Origin: Alphaproteobacteria bacterium
GTDB taxonomy: Bacteria; Pseudomonadota; Alphaproteobacteria; UBA11073
Assembly: GCA_965246945.1 (NCBI GenBank)
Contig: CBDFFW010000001.1
Coordinates: 1,645,639 to 1,709,638, forward strand
DNA length: 64,000 nt
Direction of reading: 5' to 3'
Part shown: one piece after another, positions 30,551 to 41,288 of the stretch
Layout: the number at the start of each line of letters is the position of its first letter
Numbering within the stretch: the first letter of the stretch is position 1
Position numbers and translations under genes: made by a program
The notes under the pieces: generated by a model
Seen by the model: only the letters and a program-made list of their open reading frames with translations
Databases searched by the model: none
What the model was told of the DNA's origin: nothing

Positions 30551-31243
30551 CTAAACCAGCCCATCCGCTTTCACCGTATACCCGGCGCCGCGGATAGTGT
30601 GGAGTAAAGCGGGGGTGAAACCTTTATCCAGTTTTTGGCGCAGGCGCGAGATATGCACATCGATCACATTGGTTTGCGGATCAAAATGAATATCCCACAC
30701 ATTTTCCAGCAGCATCATGCGCGTGACCACCTGCCCGGCATGGCGGACTAAATATTCTAACAGACGGAATTCGCGCGGCTGCAAATCCAGTTCCTTGCCG
30801 CTGCGTTTGACCACGCGGGCGATTAAATCCATTTCCAGATCAGCCAAGCGCAGGGTGGTGGCCGGCGCATCATTGCTGCGGCGGCGGATCAGCGCTTCAA
30901 GCCGCGCCAATAATTCGGTAAAAGCAAAGGGTTTGGGCAGATAATCATCCCCGCCCGCTTTCAGGCCCATCACGCGGTCATCCACCTGATCCAAAGCACT
31001 TAGAATTAAAACAGGAGTAGCGTGGCCGGTTTTGCGCAATTCGGCAATGATACTTAGCCCATCTAAATTCGGCAGCATGCGATCGATAATCATCGCCTGG
31101 TATTTGCCTTCTTTGGCGCGCTGCAGGCCGGCTTTGCCATCGGCCACATGTTCAACGCGGTAGCCACTATCATGCAGGCCCTTTACCAGATTTTTGGCAA
31201 CCTCTTGATCGTCTTCAATCAAAAGTAAGTTGGGTGCACGCAT
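30551..31243 (-). CDS. OmpR/PhoB-family response regulator
   Basis: Receiver domain (DD, D in MIIDRMLP, K in LPKPF) plus a winged-helix trans-regulator C-terminus. Confidence 0.9.
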   Translation of the reverse strand: MRAPNLLLIEDDQEVAKNLVKGLHDSGYRVEHVADGKAGLQRAKEGKYQAMIIDRMLPNLDGLSIIAELRKTGHATPVLILSALDQVDDRVMGLKAGGDDYLPKPFAFTELLARLEALIRRRSNDAPATTLRLADLEMDLIARVVKRSGKELDLQPREFRLLEYLVRHAGQVVTRMMLLENVWDIHFDPQTNVIDVHISRLRQKLDKGFTPALLHTIRGAGYTVKADGLV

Positions 31244-31342
31244 AAAATGATCTTAGCGCAAACCCGTCCAAAACAGAAATGACATTTCCGTTAGGATAAA
31301 GTTAGCCTTTTTCCCACAGGGGAGAGAATTGTCCAGTTTAAC

Positions 31343-33904
31343 TTATATTTCCTGATTTTTGACATTGGGCATAATCACACGGTGCGCGGGCAGCCAGAAC
31401 ATGGCGTCAGTCCCCTTGCCAAATACTGATTCCAGTTTGAATTCACCGCCATGCAGTTCGATGAGTGATTTGACCAGGGTTAGGCCCAAACCGGTACCGG
31501 CATAACGACGGGACATGGCACTGCCCACCTGGACAAATGGCACCATTACCTTGGTAATATCATCCGGTTTAATCCCGATACCGGTATCGCTGACGATGAT
31601 TTGCAGGCGGCCATCGGCACCTAAATAAGCATTGATCCGCACCGTACCGCCTTCAGGTGTAAATTTTACGGCATTGGACAACAAGTTTAAAATCGACTGC
31701 TTAATTGCCAATTCCTCGCCCATAATATTGGGCAGATTGGGCGGCATATCGTTGATCAGGGTAAGCTTACCACTATCGGCGCGTGGTTTGACCAACCGCA
31801 AGGCCGCATTGGCCACGCGCGAGAGATCGAAAATGCTTTCATTCAATTCTTTTTTACCGGATTCAATTTTGGACACATCCAAAATGTCGTTAATCAATTC
31901 CAGCAAATGATTACCGGATTCATGAATATCTTTCGAATATTCGACATATTCAGACCGGCCAACGGGACCGAACATTTCGTCCTTAATAATTTCCGAAAAC
32001 CCAATCACCGCATTAAGCGGGGTGCGCAATTCATGGCTCATATTGGCCAAGAATTCGGATTTGGCGCGGTTGGCCAGATCGGCATTTTCCTTGGCAATCC
32101 GCAGGGCGTTTTCGGCTTCTTTCCGGCGGGTAATATCCTCAATAATGCCTTCGAAATGCTGTACTTCGTTATCTTCATTACGCGCCAAGCGGCCACTAAA
32201 ACTGACCCAAATCACCCCGCTGCCATGCCGGCGCATTTGCAATTCAAAACTGTTGATACTGCCCGATAGCTGCAGCCCATCAATCAACTGTTCCCATTGG
32301 CCGGACTCAATGCATAAATCGCGGCCGATATGACTGACTTCGGTAATCACCGTATTGGGGCTGTCATAGCCTAAAATATGTGCCACCGTTGGATTGGCAC
32401 GCAGGAACCGCCCATCGAGTGTTGACCAAAATAAACCGGCAACTGAATCTTCGACCATCGCGCGGTAACGCTGTTCTTTTTCACGCAATTCGGCTTCTTG
32501 GCGTTTGGCATCGGTAATATCCCGCAAGGTGCCAACAATGCGGACAGAGGCAATACCCGAATGGCGCATGCTGCGCAACGCAACCTCGGCCAGTTTAAAA
32601 CCGCCGCTTTTGCATAATAATTTTATTTCATACCGCTTGTTATTTTCTTCGCCGCTGAGCGCCAAATTAAACTGGTTTTGCAGCATTTGCCGGTCGGCTT
32701 CATGAATAAAATCGAACAGAGTTTTGGTGAGGGTATCCCGCCGGTCGAACCCTGTGAGATAAGTCCACGCATCGTTGATAAAGGTGATGGAGCCCAAGGC
32801 ATTAGTTTGAAACACCGCGTCATTAATATGATCAACCACTTCACGGAATTCGCGTTCGCGGTTACGCAAGGTTTCGGAAATTTGATCCCGTTCCACCACC
32901 CGCTCTTTTAACTGGCGGTTGGTGCGTTGCAGCGATTCCGCCAGGCTGGCAACTTCCAAAGCGCGCCGGTGGTTATCAAACAGAAAATTCGTTAATGAAA
33001 TGGTGAAGCCCAGACCTGCCAGAAAAATTACCAGCGGCATAAAAAATAAGGTGGCGTTAACCCCATAATTATAAACTAAAAATGAAATTTCATATAAATT
33101 TTCACCCACCAAAAAATTGCTGCGCAAGGTTTTCTTCGGCAACCAACCCGCAAATTTCTGCCCGTTAGCAAATTCAATTTGATTGGGAATACCACTAAGT
33201 ACCAATGGCTTCACTTCCGCTGAAATGATACTTGGCTGATCAATCCGGATATCTAAGCGGTTAACATTAGCGACCAACATCATGAATTGCGCTTCCGCGC
33301 CGCCTTCACCCAATCGCGCGATATAGACCAGATTACCATCATTCTGTTCATGCCATAATTGCGGTGACGTTTTTAATAACAGCATTCCACGCCCGCGTTC
33401 AGCCAAGGCCAAGGCGGCATGGATGGGTGTATCCGAATTTAAAATGTAATTATAGTTAATGTTATTTTTAGGCAAAGATGTATGCACATATTCAACATTA
33501 TAAGTGCCATCCATACTGCGTTTGATTTGCAGGATACTTTGGAAAATAGGATCTTTTCTGATGATATTATCCAGAACCGGTTGAATGATACTGGAGTCGC
33601 CTTCCTGGAAATTGCTCGGGCCGACCAAAACATTAAACATTTCGATTGTTTGATCAATTAGCTGAAAACGTTGCTGGATTTTATTGGTAACGGCCGCAAC
33701 TTCGGCTTCCATATTATTGCGGTTGATTTCCAGAATGGCAAAAAGGGTATAGGCGGCAATTAGCAGCGCTAATAACACGCCAATCACCGGCACCAAATAA
33801 AACCACTGTTTCTGTTTTTGTAAGGCATTCGGCCGTCCAGCCGGTATCGGTACCGCTGATTTCAGCGGTCCTTCCACGGTTGCGACGCGAACGGTTGTGC
33901 TCAC
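31343..33904 (-). CDS. Sensor histidine kinase with periplasmic sensor domain, tandem PAS, HisKA and HATPase_c
   Basis: TM1, a ~230-aa periplasmic region, TM2, two PAS-like segments, H-box MSHELRTPLNAV, and ATPase boxes (NAVKFT, DTGIGI, GTGLGL). No receiver domain. Confidence 0.85.
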   Translation of the reverse strand: MSTTVRVATVEGPLKSAVPIPAGRPNALQKQKQWFYLVPVIGVLLALLIAAYTLFAILEINRNNMEAEVAAVTNKIQQRFQLIDQTIEMFNVLVGPSNFQEGDSSIIQPVLDNIIRKDPIFQSILQIKRSMDGTYNVEYVHTSLPKNNINYNYILNSDTPIHAALALAERGRGMLLLKTSPQLWHEQNDGNLVYIARLGEGGAEAQFMMLVANVNRLDIRIDQPSIISAEVKPLVLSGIPNQIEFANGQKFAGWLPKKTLRSNFLVGENLYEISFLVYNYGVNATLFFMPLVIFLAGLGFTISLTNFLFDNHRRALEVASLAESLQRTNRQLKERVVERDQISETLRNREREFREVVDHINDAVFQTNALGSITFINDAWTYLTGFDRRDTLTKTLFDFIHEADRQMLQNQFNLALSGEENNKRYEIKLLCKSGGFKLAEVALRSMRHSGIASVRIVGTLRDITDAKRQEAELREKEQRYRAMVEDSVAGLFWSTLDGRFLRANPTVAHILGYDSPNTVITEVSHIGRDLCIESGQWEQLIDGLQLSGSINSFELQMRRHGSGVIWVSFSGRLARNEDNEVQHFEGIIEDITRRKEAENALRIAKENADLANRAKSEFLANMSHELRTPLNAVIGFSEIIKDEMFGPVGRSEYVEYSKDIHESGNHLLELINDILDVSKIESGKKELNESIFDLSRVANAALRLVKPRADSGKLTLINDMPPNLPNIMGEELAIKQSILNLLSNAVKFTPEGGTVRINAYLGADGRLQIIVSDTGIGIKPDDITKVMVPFVQVGSAMSRRYAGTGLGLTLVKSLIELHGGEFKLESVFGKGTDAMFWLPAHRVIMPNVKNQEI

Positions 33905-33998
33905 AATGACCCTTTTATCGTATGTAATTTGATTCTAGAAGACAGCTTAATTGCACAATACACTTGCCGCTTTTGAATACAAATGGGAAAAAGGATCC

Positions 33999-34778
33999 AT
34001 GACGCGTTATCGTACGCTTTGGGTTTCGGATATCCATTTGGGTTGGCGTAGCAGCCAGGCCAAAGCGCTATTGGCGTTTTTGGACATGGTTGAAGCAGAA
34101 ACCATTTATTTGGTAGGTGATATTATCGATTTCTGGAAATTGCGCCGCCGCTGGTATTGGCCGCAATTGCATATGGATGTGATTCAAAGAATTATGGTGA
34201 TGGCCAAAAGCGGCAGCAAAGTGATTTATTTGCCCGGCAACCACGATGAAGTATTACGCGATTTTCTTGGCATTAAGTTCGGTGAAATTGAAATTGTGGA
34301 TGAAGCCATTCACACCTGCGTCGATGGCCGCCGCCTGCTTGTGCTGCATGGCGACCAGTTTGATGGGGTGATCAAGCACATGAAATGGTTAGCCTATTTA
34401 GGTGATTATGCTTACTCAACCGCCTTATTCACTAATCGGCTGATCAATTTTATTCGCCGTAAAATGGGATTTTCTTATTGGTCTTTATCCGCTTATTTAA
34501 AAAATACGGTTAAAAAAGCGGTGGCGCATTTATCCGATTACCGCAATCTGCTGATCCAAGCGGCCCGCGAACAGCAAGTGGACGGCGTGGTCTGCGGGCA
34601 TGTGCATCATCCGGAAACCGCTATCATCGACGGTGTTGCTTATTATAATGATGGCGATTGGGTGGAAAGCTGCACCGCTTTGGTTGAGCATTTTGATGGG
34701 CGTATGGAAATTATCCACCATGAATTATTTAAAAAAGTGCGGTTGCCGCGCGGCAATTTATTGACCGGTGCCGCTTAA
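33999..34778 (+). CDS. lpxH: LpxH-family UDP-2,3-diacylglucosamine pyrophosphatase-like metallophosphoesterase
   Basis: SDIHLG, GDIIDFW, GNHD, HGDQFD, GHVHHP is the calcineurin-like motif set in LpxH order and spacing. Sits in a block with a glycosyltransferase and waaA. RBS AAAGGA upstream of ATG 33999. Confidence 0.7.
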   Translation: MTRYRTLWVSDIHLGWRSSQAKALLAFLDMVEAETIYLVGDIIDFWKLRRRWYWPQLHMDVIQRIMVMAKSGSKVIYLPGNHDEVLRDFLGIKFGEIEIVDEAIHTCVDGRRLLVLHGDQFDGVIKHMKWLAYLGDYAYSTALFTNRLINFIRRKMGFSYWSLSAYLKNTVKKAVAHLSDYRNLLIQAAREQQVDGVVCGHVHHPETAIIDGVAYYNDGDWVESCTALVEHFDGRMEIIHHELFKKVRLPRGNLLTGAA

Positions 34779-35827
34779 TGAAAATTTTAATTGTGACGGA
34801 TGCGTGGCATCCCCAAATCAATGGCGTGGTGCGTACGCTGTCGATTACGGCGGAGGAATTACAACGCCGCGGGCATGAGGTGGTGATTTTGGGGCCAGAT
34901 CAATTCCGCACCTATCCCCTGCCCACCTATAAAGAAATTCGCGTGGCCTGGTGGGCGGGCGGCGAATTGCTCAACCAGATTGATGAGCATCAACCAGATG
35001 CCATTCATATTGCCACCGAAGGACCGATTGGGATTGCTGCGCGCAATTACTGTGTGCGGCGCGGGTTGCATTTTACGACTTCTTATCATACCAAGTTCCC
35101 CGAATATATCGCAAAGCGCTTTCCCATTCCAATTGGTTGGATTTATAAATTTCTGCGCTGGTTCCACGAACCCTCTTCGGCCGTCATGGTCGCCACGCCA
35201 ACCGTGCAAGCGGAGTTGGAACGGCATGGTTTCAAGCGCCTGGTGCGTTGGACGCGCGGAGTGCATACGGATTTATTTTATCCCCGGCCGGAATTGCCGC
35301 CATTGCCCTATCCCAAACCCATTCAACTATATGTAGGCCGTGTGGCGGTTGAAAAAAATCTGCCGGCGTTTTTGAACACCAAACAACCTGGCACCAAAAT
35401 TGTGGTGGGCAGCGGCCCGCAATTGAAACAGTTTGAAAAAAACTATCCCACTGTGGTGTTTACCGGCCCCAAACAGGGGGAAGAGCTGGCCAAACTATAT
35501 GCGTCTGCGGATATTTTCGTTTTTCCATCGCTCACCGATACGTTCGGCTTGGTGCTGCTCGAAGCATTGGCGAGCGGGTTACCGGTTGCCGCTTATCCGG
35601 TGGCTGGTCCGTTGGATGTGATTAATGATCCGACTGTGGGCTGTTTGGATCGTGATCTCAATCAAGCAATTGCCACGGCTCTAAGCTTAGATGGCAATAC
35701 CTGCCGCGCATTTGCTTTGCGTTATTCCTGGGCAGCCGCCACCCAGCAATTTCTCGACAATTTATATGTGCTGCAACCCGATGAATTTGGCCAACCCAGC
35801 ACCAGCAGTACCGGAATTTTTGGTTAA
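34778..35827 (+). CDS. GT4-family glycosyltransferase (GT-B fold)
   Basis: N-terminal ILIVTDAWHPQINGV. C-terminal E-x7-E-like region (FVFPSLTDTFGLVLLEALASGLPV). Start overlaps the upstream stop (TAATG). Confidence 0.8.
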   Translation: MKILIVTDAWHPQINGVVRTLSITAEELQRRGHEVVILGPDQFRTYPLPTYKEIRVAWWAGGELLNQIDEHQPDAIHIATEGPIGIAARNYCVRRGLHFTTSYHTKFPEYIAKRFPIPIGWIYKFLRWFHEPSSAVMVATPTVQAELERHGFKRLVRWTRGVHTDLFYPRPELPPLPYPKPIQLYVGRVAVEKNLPAFLNTKQPGTKIVVGSGPQLKQFEKNYPTVVFTGPKQGEELAKLYASADIFVFPSLTDTFGLVLLEALASGLPVAAYPVAGPLDVINDPTVGCLDRDLNQAIATALSLDGNTCRAFALRYSWAAATQQFLDNLYVLQPDEFGQPSTSSTGIFG

Positions 35828-35829
35828 GC

Positions 35830-37098
35830 ATGTGGACGGCTTGGCTTTATGCCCTGATCAGTTGGCTAACAGTACCGTTATGGCCGCTGATGATTTGGCT
35901 GCGCCTGCGCAGAAATAAGGAAGATCCCCAACGCTGGTTGGAACGTTGGGGGATTTACCGGCGTGTTTTACCCTATGGCAGCATTTGGCTGCATGCCGCC
36001 AGTGTGGGCGAATGGCGCTCGCTGCAACCGTTGCTGCAAACATTTTGGCAGCAGGATGAAGCGCAGCAATTTGTGATTACCACGCAAACCCGCACGGCGG
36101 CACAACTAATTGCGCAGACCGGCGATTCCCGTTTGCATCATCTATTCGCGCCCTGGGACCATCCCCTAACGGTGCGCGCTTTTTTAAAATGGGTGCAACC
36201 GCGCGCCGCAATTTTTGTCGAAAGTGAAATTTGGCCGCAGCTGCTCACTGCCCTTAAACAGCATAACATTCCGGCCATTTTATTGAATGCGCAATTATCC
36301 GAAAAAGCGGTGAAACGCTGGCAGCCTTTGCGCGGTTGGTTACAATCTTTACTCAGCACCTTTCAAACCATCATCACCCCTAATGCGGCTGAAACACAGC
36401 GCTTTCGACAATTAAATATCGACCAAACGCAAACCGGTATTTCGCTAAAATATGCTTCAGCGCCATTGGGTTGCGATATTGAAGCGTTATTTGAATGGCG
36501 CGATCTATTGCAGGCACGACCGATATGGTTGGCTGCCAGCACACATGCCGGCGAAGAAGAAATTATTCTGGCCGCGCATCAGCAATTGCAAAAACAATTT
36601 CCCAATTTATTAACCGTAATTGCACCGCGCCATCCAGAACGTTGCATTAATTTGTTTAATGCGTGGCAAGCGCAATACCGCGTGCAAAAACGCAGCGATC
36701 AACAGCAATTACAAGATGATACTGAAATTTTGCTGGTCGATCAATTGGGCGAATTGGGTTTGTGGTTTCGGCTATGCCCAATTACATTTTTGGGTGGTTC
36801 ACTGGTGCCGATTGGCGGCCATAATTTGATTGAGCCGGCCCAGCTGAGTTGCGCCATTCTGCATGGCCCCTATATGCAAAGCTGCCAGGATGTAGCTGAT
36901 TTATTACAGGCCGCCAGCGCCACGCAAACAGTACAAACAGCGGATGAACTGGCTCAAGCAATTGCTAACTTGCTGACCGACCCTAATTGTCTGCAGTTAC
37001 GCGGCCGCGCCGCCCAACAAGTGGTTTTCGGCCAAAGAAACGCGGCACAGCAAATGATTGAAAAAGCCATCGCTGCTTTATTACCCGAGGCTGCATGA
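35830..37098 (+). CDS. waaA: 3-deoxy-D-manno-octulosonic acid (Kdo) transferase
   Basis: WLHAASVGEW motif, GT30 architecture, 422 aa. Confidence 0.9.
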   Translation: MWTAWLYALISWLTVPLWPLMIWLRLRRNKEDPQRWLERWGIYRRVLPYGSIWLHAASVGEWRSLQPLLQTFWQQDEAQQFVITTQTRTAAQLIAQTGDSRLHHLFAPWDHPLTVRAFLKWVQPRAAIFVESEIWPQLLTALKQHNIPAILLNAQLSEKAVKRWQPLRGWLQSLLSTFQTIITPNAAETQRFRQLNIDQTQTGISLKYASAPLGCDIEALFEWRDLLQARPIWLAASTHAGEEEIILAAHQQLQKQFPNLLTVIAPRHPERCINLFNAWQAQYRVQKRSDQQQLQDDTEILLVDQLGELGLWFRLCPITFLGGSLVPIGGHNLIEPAQLSCAILHGPYMQSCQDVADLLQAASATQTVQTADELAQAIANLLTDPNCLQLRGRAAQQVVFGQRNAAQQMIEKAIAALLPEAA

Positions 37099-37802
37099 TC
37101 ATCATTTTGGTACAGCCACAAATGGCGGAGAATATCGGCATGGTGGCGCGGGCGATGATGAATTGCGGGCTGGCTGAATTACGTTTGGTTGTGCCGCGAG
37201 ATGGCTGGCCGAATGCCGCCGCCCTGCCCGCGGCCAGTGGTGCCAGCGTTATTTTGGAACAAGCAAAAGCATATGAAACAGTCGCTGCGGCCGTGGCCGA
37301 CTGCCACTACATTTATGCCAGCACAGCGCGTTTGCGCGATCAGCATAAACCGCTATTGGAACCAACCGCCGCGATGCAGGATATGCAACAGCGCCAAACG
37401 CAAGGCCAGCAAGTGGCACTGCTATTCGGTCCCGAACGCACGGGTTTAAGCAATGATGATTTAGCCTTTGCCAATGCGCTGACCACCGTGCCGCTTAACC
37501 CAGCTTATACCTCGCTGAATATTGCTCAGGCGGTGTTATTATTCGGGTGGGAATGGTGGCGGCAACAACCGGCGGCGGTGTTGCCAGCACCGCCAGCAAC
37601 ACCGCAGGCCACCGCGCAAGAACTCGATCATTTCCTTAACCGTTTCATTACGGTTTTGGATACCAGCGGGTTTTTTACGACCGTCCACCAAAAACCGGCC
37701 ATGGTGCAAAACCTACGGAATATTTTTCTGCGCAACGATTTAACCGCCCAAGAATTGCGCAGCCTGCAAGGCGTGTTAACCGCTTTGCAAACGCGAAATT
37801 AA
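37095..37802 (+). CDS. SpoU/TrmH-family RNA 2'-O-methyltransferase (TrmJ-like)
   Basis: SPOUT motifs: AENIGMVARAMMNCG, LLFGPERTGLS, LNIAQAV. ATGA overlap with waaA. Confidence 0.75.
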   Translation: MIIILVQPQMAENIGMVARAMMNCGLAELRLVVPRDGWPNAAALPAASGASVILEQAKAYETVAAAVADCHYIYASTARLRDQHKPLLEPTAAMQDMQQRQTQGQQVALLFGPERTGLSNDDLAFANALTTVPLNPAYTSLNIAQAVLLFGWEWWRQQPAAVLPAPPATPQATAQELDHFLNRFITVLDTSGFFTTVHQKPAMVQNLRNIFLRNDLTAQELRSLQGVLTALQTRN

Positions 37803-37816
37803 TGCTATAATTAAGC

Positions 37817-38212
37817 ATGTTCAAAGCAGCTGCCACCATCATTCTATTGTCTTCCCTCGCCATGCCGGCCTTGGCCCAGGAAGCAACCGATAAAGCCACC
37901 GCTGAATGTGTGAAAGCGCTGCAAACGCTCAATAAAATTACCACTACAACCACGGAATATGCTAAGGCCCAGGCAATAGATAGCCAGTTGATTCAACTGA
38001 CAAATCAGCCGCATGTGACCTATAAAGAAATTGGCCTCACCAATTATTTAGCATTACGGTTATTGGAAGCGCGTGCGCGCCTGGATCAACTTGTTGGTTT
38101 GGCTGATGCCGATGCCAATCGGCCAGGTGATTGGCGCACCTCGGTCAAAGCACTGAAAACCAAACTGACCACGTTTGAGCCTGAATTTGTGCAAGCCTGC
38201 TTGCCGAGTTAA
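37817..38212 (+). CDS. Small secreted hypothetical protein
   Basis: Signal peptide MFKAAATIILLSSLAMPALA. 131 aa with two Cys. No motif recognised. Confidence 0.45.
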   Translation: MFKAAATIILLSSLAMPALAQEATDKATAECVKALQTLNKITTTTTEYAKAQAIDSQLIQLTNQPHVTYKEIGLTNYLALRLLEARARLDQLVGLADADANRPGDWRTSVKALKTKLTTFEPEFVQACLPS

Positions 38213-38275
38213 TTCGCATTTTATTGCAGCTATTTTTTGACGAATTTGACGGTAGGCAGTATGGATAGCTAATCC

Positions 38276-39589
38276 ATGACCCTTGCTGCGCTCAAAACCG
38301 CTCCCTCATCTTACCAAACACATATGGACGGCTTTTTTAGCCGTAGCTTGGCGGAAACCGATCCAGTGTTGTTTGCCGCTATGGAAAACGAGCTGCACCG
38401 CCAGCAAAATTACATCGAACTTATCGCATCTGAAAACATTGTTTCACAAGCGGTGCTGGAAGCGCAAGGCAGCGTATTAACCAATAAATATGCCGAAGGT
38501 TATCCTGGCGCGCGTTATTATGCCGGTAATGAATTCGTGGATATCGCCGAAAATCTAGCAATTGAACGGGCCTGCCAATTATTCAATTGCACTTATGCCA
38601 ATGTGCAGCCGCATTCCGGCAGCCAGGCCAACCAAACCGTTTATATGGCCTTATTGCAGCCTGGCGATACATTGCTGGGGATGACTCTGGCCGATGGCGG
38701 TCACCTCACCCATGGTGCCGCGCCGAACCAATCTGGCAAATGGTTTAATGCCGTGCAATATGGGGTGCGTGCCGATGATGAATTATTGGATTATGAGCAA
38801 ATTGCCCGCTTGGCTGAACAGCATAAACCCAAATTAATTATTGCCGGTGCTACCGCCTATTCACGCGTGATTGATTGGGCGCGTTTCCGCGCCATTGCTG
38901 ATAGCGTTGGTGCTTATTTAATGGCCGATATTGCGCATTACTCCGGTTTAATTGCGGCTGGTGTTTATCCCTCACCATTCCCGCATGCGCATGTTGTGGC
39001 CACCACCACGCATAAAACTTTGCGCGGTCCACGCGGCGGGATGGTGCTGACCAATGATGATGAAATCGCCAAAAAATTAAAGTCAGCGGTTTTCCCAGCT
39101 TTGCAAGGCGGCCCGTTAATGCATGTGATTGCCGCCAAAGCAGCCGCATTTGGTGAAGCATTAAAGCCAGAATTTAAACAATACTGTCAAGACATCATCG
39201 CCAATTCGCGGGCCCTGGCCGATACATTGGTTAAAGGCGGCATACGGGTGGTATCCGGCGGGACCGATTCACATATGCTGCTGGTGGATTTGCAACCCAA
39301 AGGCGTGACTGGCAAACTTGCCGATCTTAGCCTCCATCACGCGCATATCACCTGCAATAAAAACATGGTGCCGAATGATCCCCAAAAACCATTTGTAACT
39401 TCCGGGTTGCGCGTTGGCACACCAGCGGCCACAACCCGCGGTTTCGGCATCAAAGAATTTCAACAAGTCGGCGAAATGATGGTCGAAGTGATCGATGGTT
39501 TATCGGCCAATCAAGAAGATAACAGCGCTGTGGAACAAAAAGTGGCGCAGCGGGCGATTGCCTTGTGCCAGCAATTTCCGATTTATTAG
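38276..39589 (+). CDS. glyA: Serine hydroxymethyltransferase
   Basis: PLP-binding [13 protein letters not shown], full length, typical SHMT. Confidence 0.95.
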   Translation: MTLAALKTAPSSYQTHMDGFFSRSLAETDPVLFAAMENELHRQQNYIELIASENIVSQAVLEAQGSVLTNKYAEGYPGARYYAGNEFVDIAENLAIERACQLFNCTYANVQPHSGSQANQTVYMALLQPGDTLLGMTLADGGHLTHGAAPNQSGKWFNAVQYGVRADDELLDYEQIARLAEQHKPKLIIAGATAYSRVIDWARFRAIADSVGAYLMADIAHYSGLIAAGVYPSPFPHAHVVATTTHKTLRGPRGGMVLTNDDEIAKKLKSAVFPALQGGPLMHVIAAKAAAFGEALKPEFKQYCQDIIANSRALADTLVKGGIRVVSGGTDSHMLLVDLQPKGVTGKLADLSLHHAHITCNKNMVPNDPQKPFVTSGLRVGTPAATTRGFGIKEFQQVGEMMVEVIDGLSANQEDNSAVEQKVAQRAIALCQQFPIY

Positions 39590-40482
39590 GCCGCTTTGGA
39601 ATAAGCCATCAGCCATTGGCTTTGTTGCCAAGGTTTTGTTGAATAGATTTGGATAGATGGGCTGAATGCCTGTTCCAAATCGATCGGCGCACGGTATAAT
39701 TTAGGGGCTATTGCTTGTCGCGAGAGCGGTTGCAAATATTTTTGGTGGGTTTCTAGATAATTGGCCAAACGCTGGGCGGTAATGGCTGGTTGATCATAAA
39801 TGGTGCAATTATTGGGTAGAGCGGTTTGAAAATCTTTTAAAGCCAAGGGATAATGGGTGCAGCCCAATAGCGCCGCAGTGGGCGGTTGCAGGCAGCGTTG
39901 CATCGCCTGCTTCACCGCTTGCCGCACCACGGCTTGGCGCTGAGCGGCGGGTGCATTGCTTTCAATCAGCGTGACCAATTGCGAAACGGCTTCGGAGACC
40001 AGTTGGATATGCGGGGCGCGTTTGTGCAATTCGGTTTCAAAAACCTGGCTGGCCACCGTGCGCGGCGTGGCAAATAACATAATGGTTTGCGGCGGGGCGG
40101 CGGCGGCATTTGCAATCGTTTGGTGTTGATACCAATCCTGATCCGTAATCGCTTCCACCAGCGGCACAATAATCCCCAGCACGTTATGCGTGCCCGCATA
40201 GCTTGAGTGCGGCAGCCATTCACGCTGCAGCCATTGCAGCGCCACGGCGGTCGCAGTGTTGCAGGCCAAAATTACCAGACGGCAACCTTGCTGGAATAAT
40301 GCTTCTGCCGCCTGCTGGGTTAATTGCTTAATTTCATCCCGTGCCAAATTGCCATATGGCAAATGGGCGTGGTCGCCATAATAGATGAAGGGTTGGGCTG
40401 GCATGGCAGCAGTTAGCGCACGCAGCACGGTCAGCCCGCCGCTGCCACTGTCAAACACGCCGATTGGGGCTAGATCGCTCAC
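39586..40482 (-). CDS. murI: Glutamate racemase
   Basis: DSGSGGL, ACNTA, GCTHYP motifs. 4-nt convergent overlap with glyA. Confidence 0.9.
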   Translation of the reverse strand: MSDLAPIGVFDSGSGGLTVLRALTAAMPAQPFIYYGDHAHLPYGNLARDEIKQLTQQAAEALFQQGCRLVILACNTATAVALQWLQREWLPHSSYAGTHNVLGIIVPLVEAITDQDWYQHQTIANAAAAPPQTIMLFATPRTVASQVFETELHKRAPHIQLVSEAVSQLVTLIESNAPAAQRQAVVRQAVKQAMQRCLQPPTAALLGCTHYPLALKDFQTALPNNCTIYDQPAITAQRLANYLETHQKYLQPLSRQAIAPKLYRAPIDLEQAFSPSIQIYSTKPWQQSQWLMAYSKAA

Positions 40483-40526
40483 AATGTTTGAATTCTACAC
40501 ATTATGCGCGTAATTCAATAGTTAAG

Positions 40527-41288
40527 ATGTTGAAAATTGAAAACCTGCATGCGCAGGTGGGTGAAGCCGATGAAATAAAACCTATTTTAAATGGTTTATC
40601 GCTGGATATCGCGCCTGGCCAGGTGCATGCGATTATGGGGCCGAATGGCTCGGGTAAATCTACTTTATCCTATGTGCTGTCTGGCCGCGATGGTTACACC
40701 GTGACGCAAGGCAGCGCGCATTTAGATGGTCAAGATCTGCTCGCCTTGGCACCGGAAGAACGTGCCCAGGCGGGTTTATTCTTGGCTTTTCAATATCCGG
40801 TGGAAATTCCTGGCGTGCCAGCCAATACATTTTTGCGCACCGCGATCAACGCACAACGCATTGTGCGCGGCGAAGCGGAATTGGATGCCGCGAGTTTTTT
40901 ACGCCTGCAACGCGAAGCGGCCAACAAACTGGGTATCAAACCCGAAATGTTAAAACGCGCTGTGAATGTCGGTTTTTCGGGTGGTGAAAAGAAACGGTTC
41001 GAAGCGTTGCAAATGGCGTTGATGCAGCCACGTATGGTGATTATGGATGAAACGGATTCCGGCTTAGATATCGATGCGTTAAAAGTGGTGGCCGATAGTG
41101 TGAATGCGCTGCGCGATCCCAACCGCAGTTTTTTAATCATCACACATTACCAGCGTTTGCTGGATTACATTACGCCCGATGTGGTGCATATCATGGTGGG
41201 CGGCCAGATTATTAAAAGTGGCGGCGCGGAATTGGCCAAGGAATTGGAAGCGCAAGGTTATGCCGCGTATCAAGGCGTGGCCGCTTAA
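40527..41288 (+). CDS. sufC: Fe-S cluster assembly ATPase SufC
   Basis: Walker A GPNGSGKST, ABC signature FSGGEKKR, Walker B VIMDETDSGLD. Start at MLKIENL. Confidence 0.95.
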   Translation: MLKIENLHAQVGEADEIKPILNGLSLDIAPGQVHAIMGPNGSGKSTLSYVLSGRDGYTVTQGSAHLDGQDLLALAPEERAQAGLFLAFQYPVEIPGVPANTFLRTAINAQRIVRGEAELDAASFLRLQREAANKLGIKPEMLKRAVNVGFSGGEKKRFEALQMALMQPRMVIMDETDSGLDIDALKVVADSVNALRDPNRSFLIITHYQRLLDYITPDVVHIMVGGQIIKSGGAELAKELEAQGYAAYQGVAA

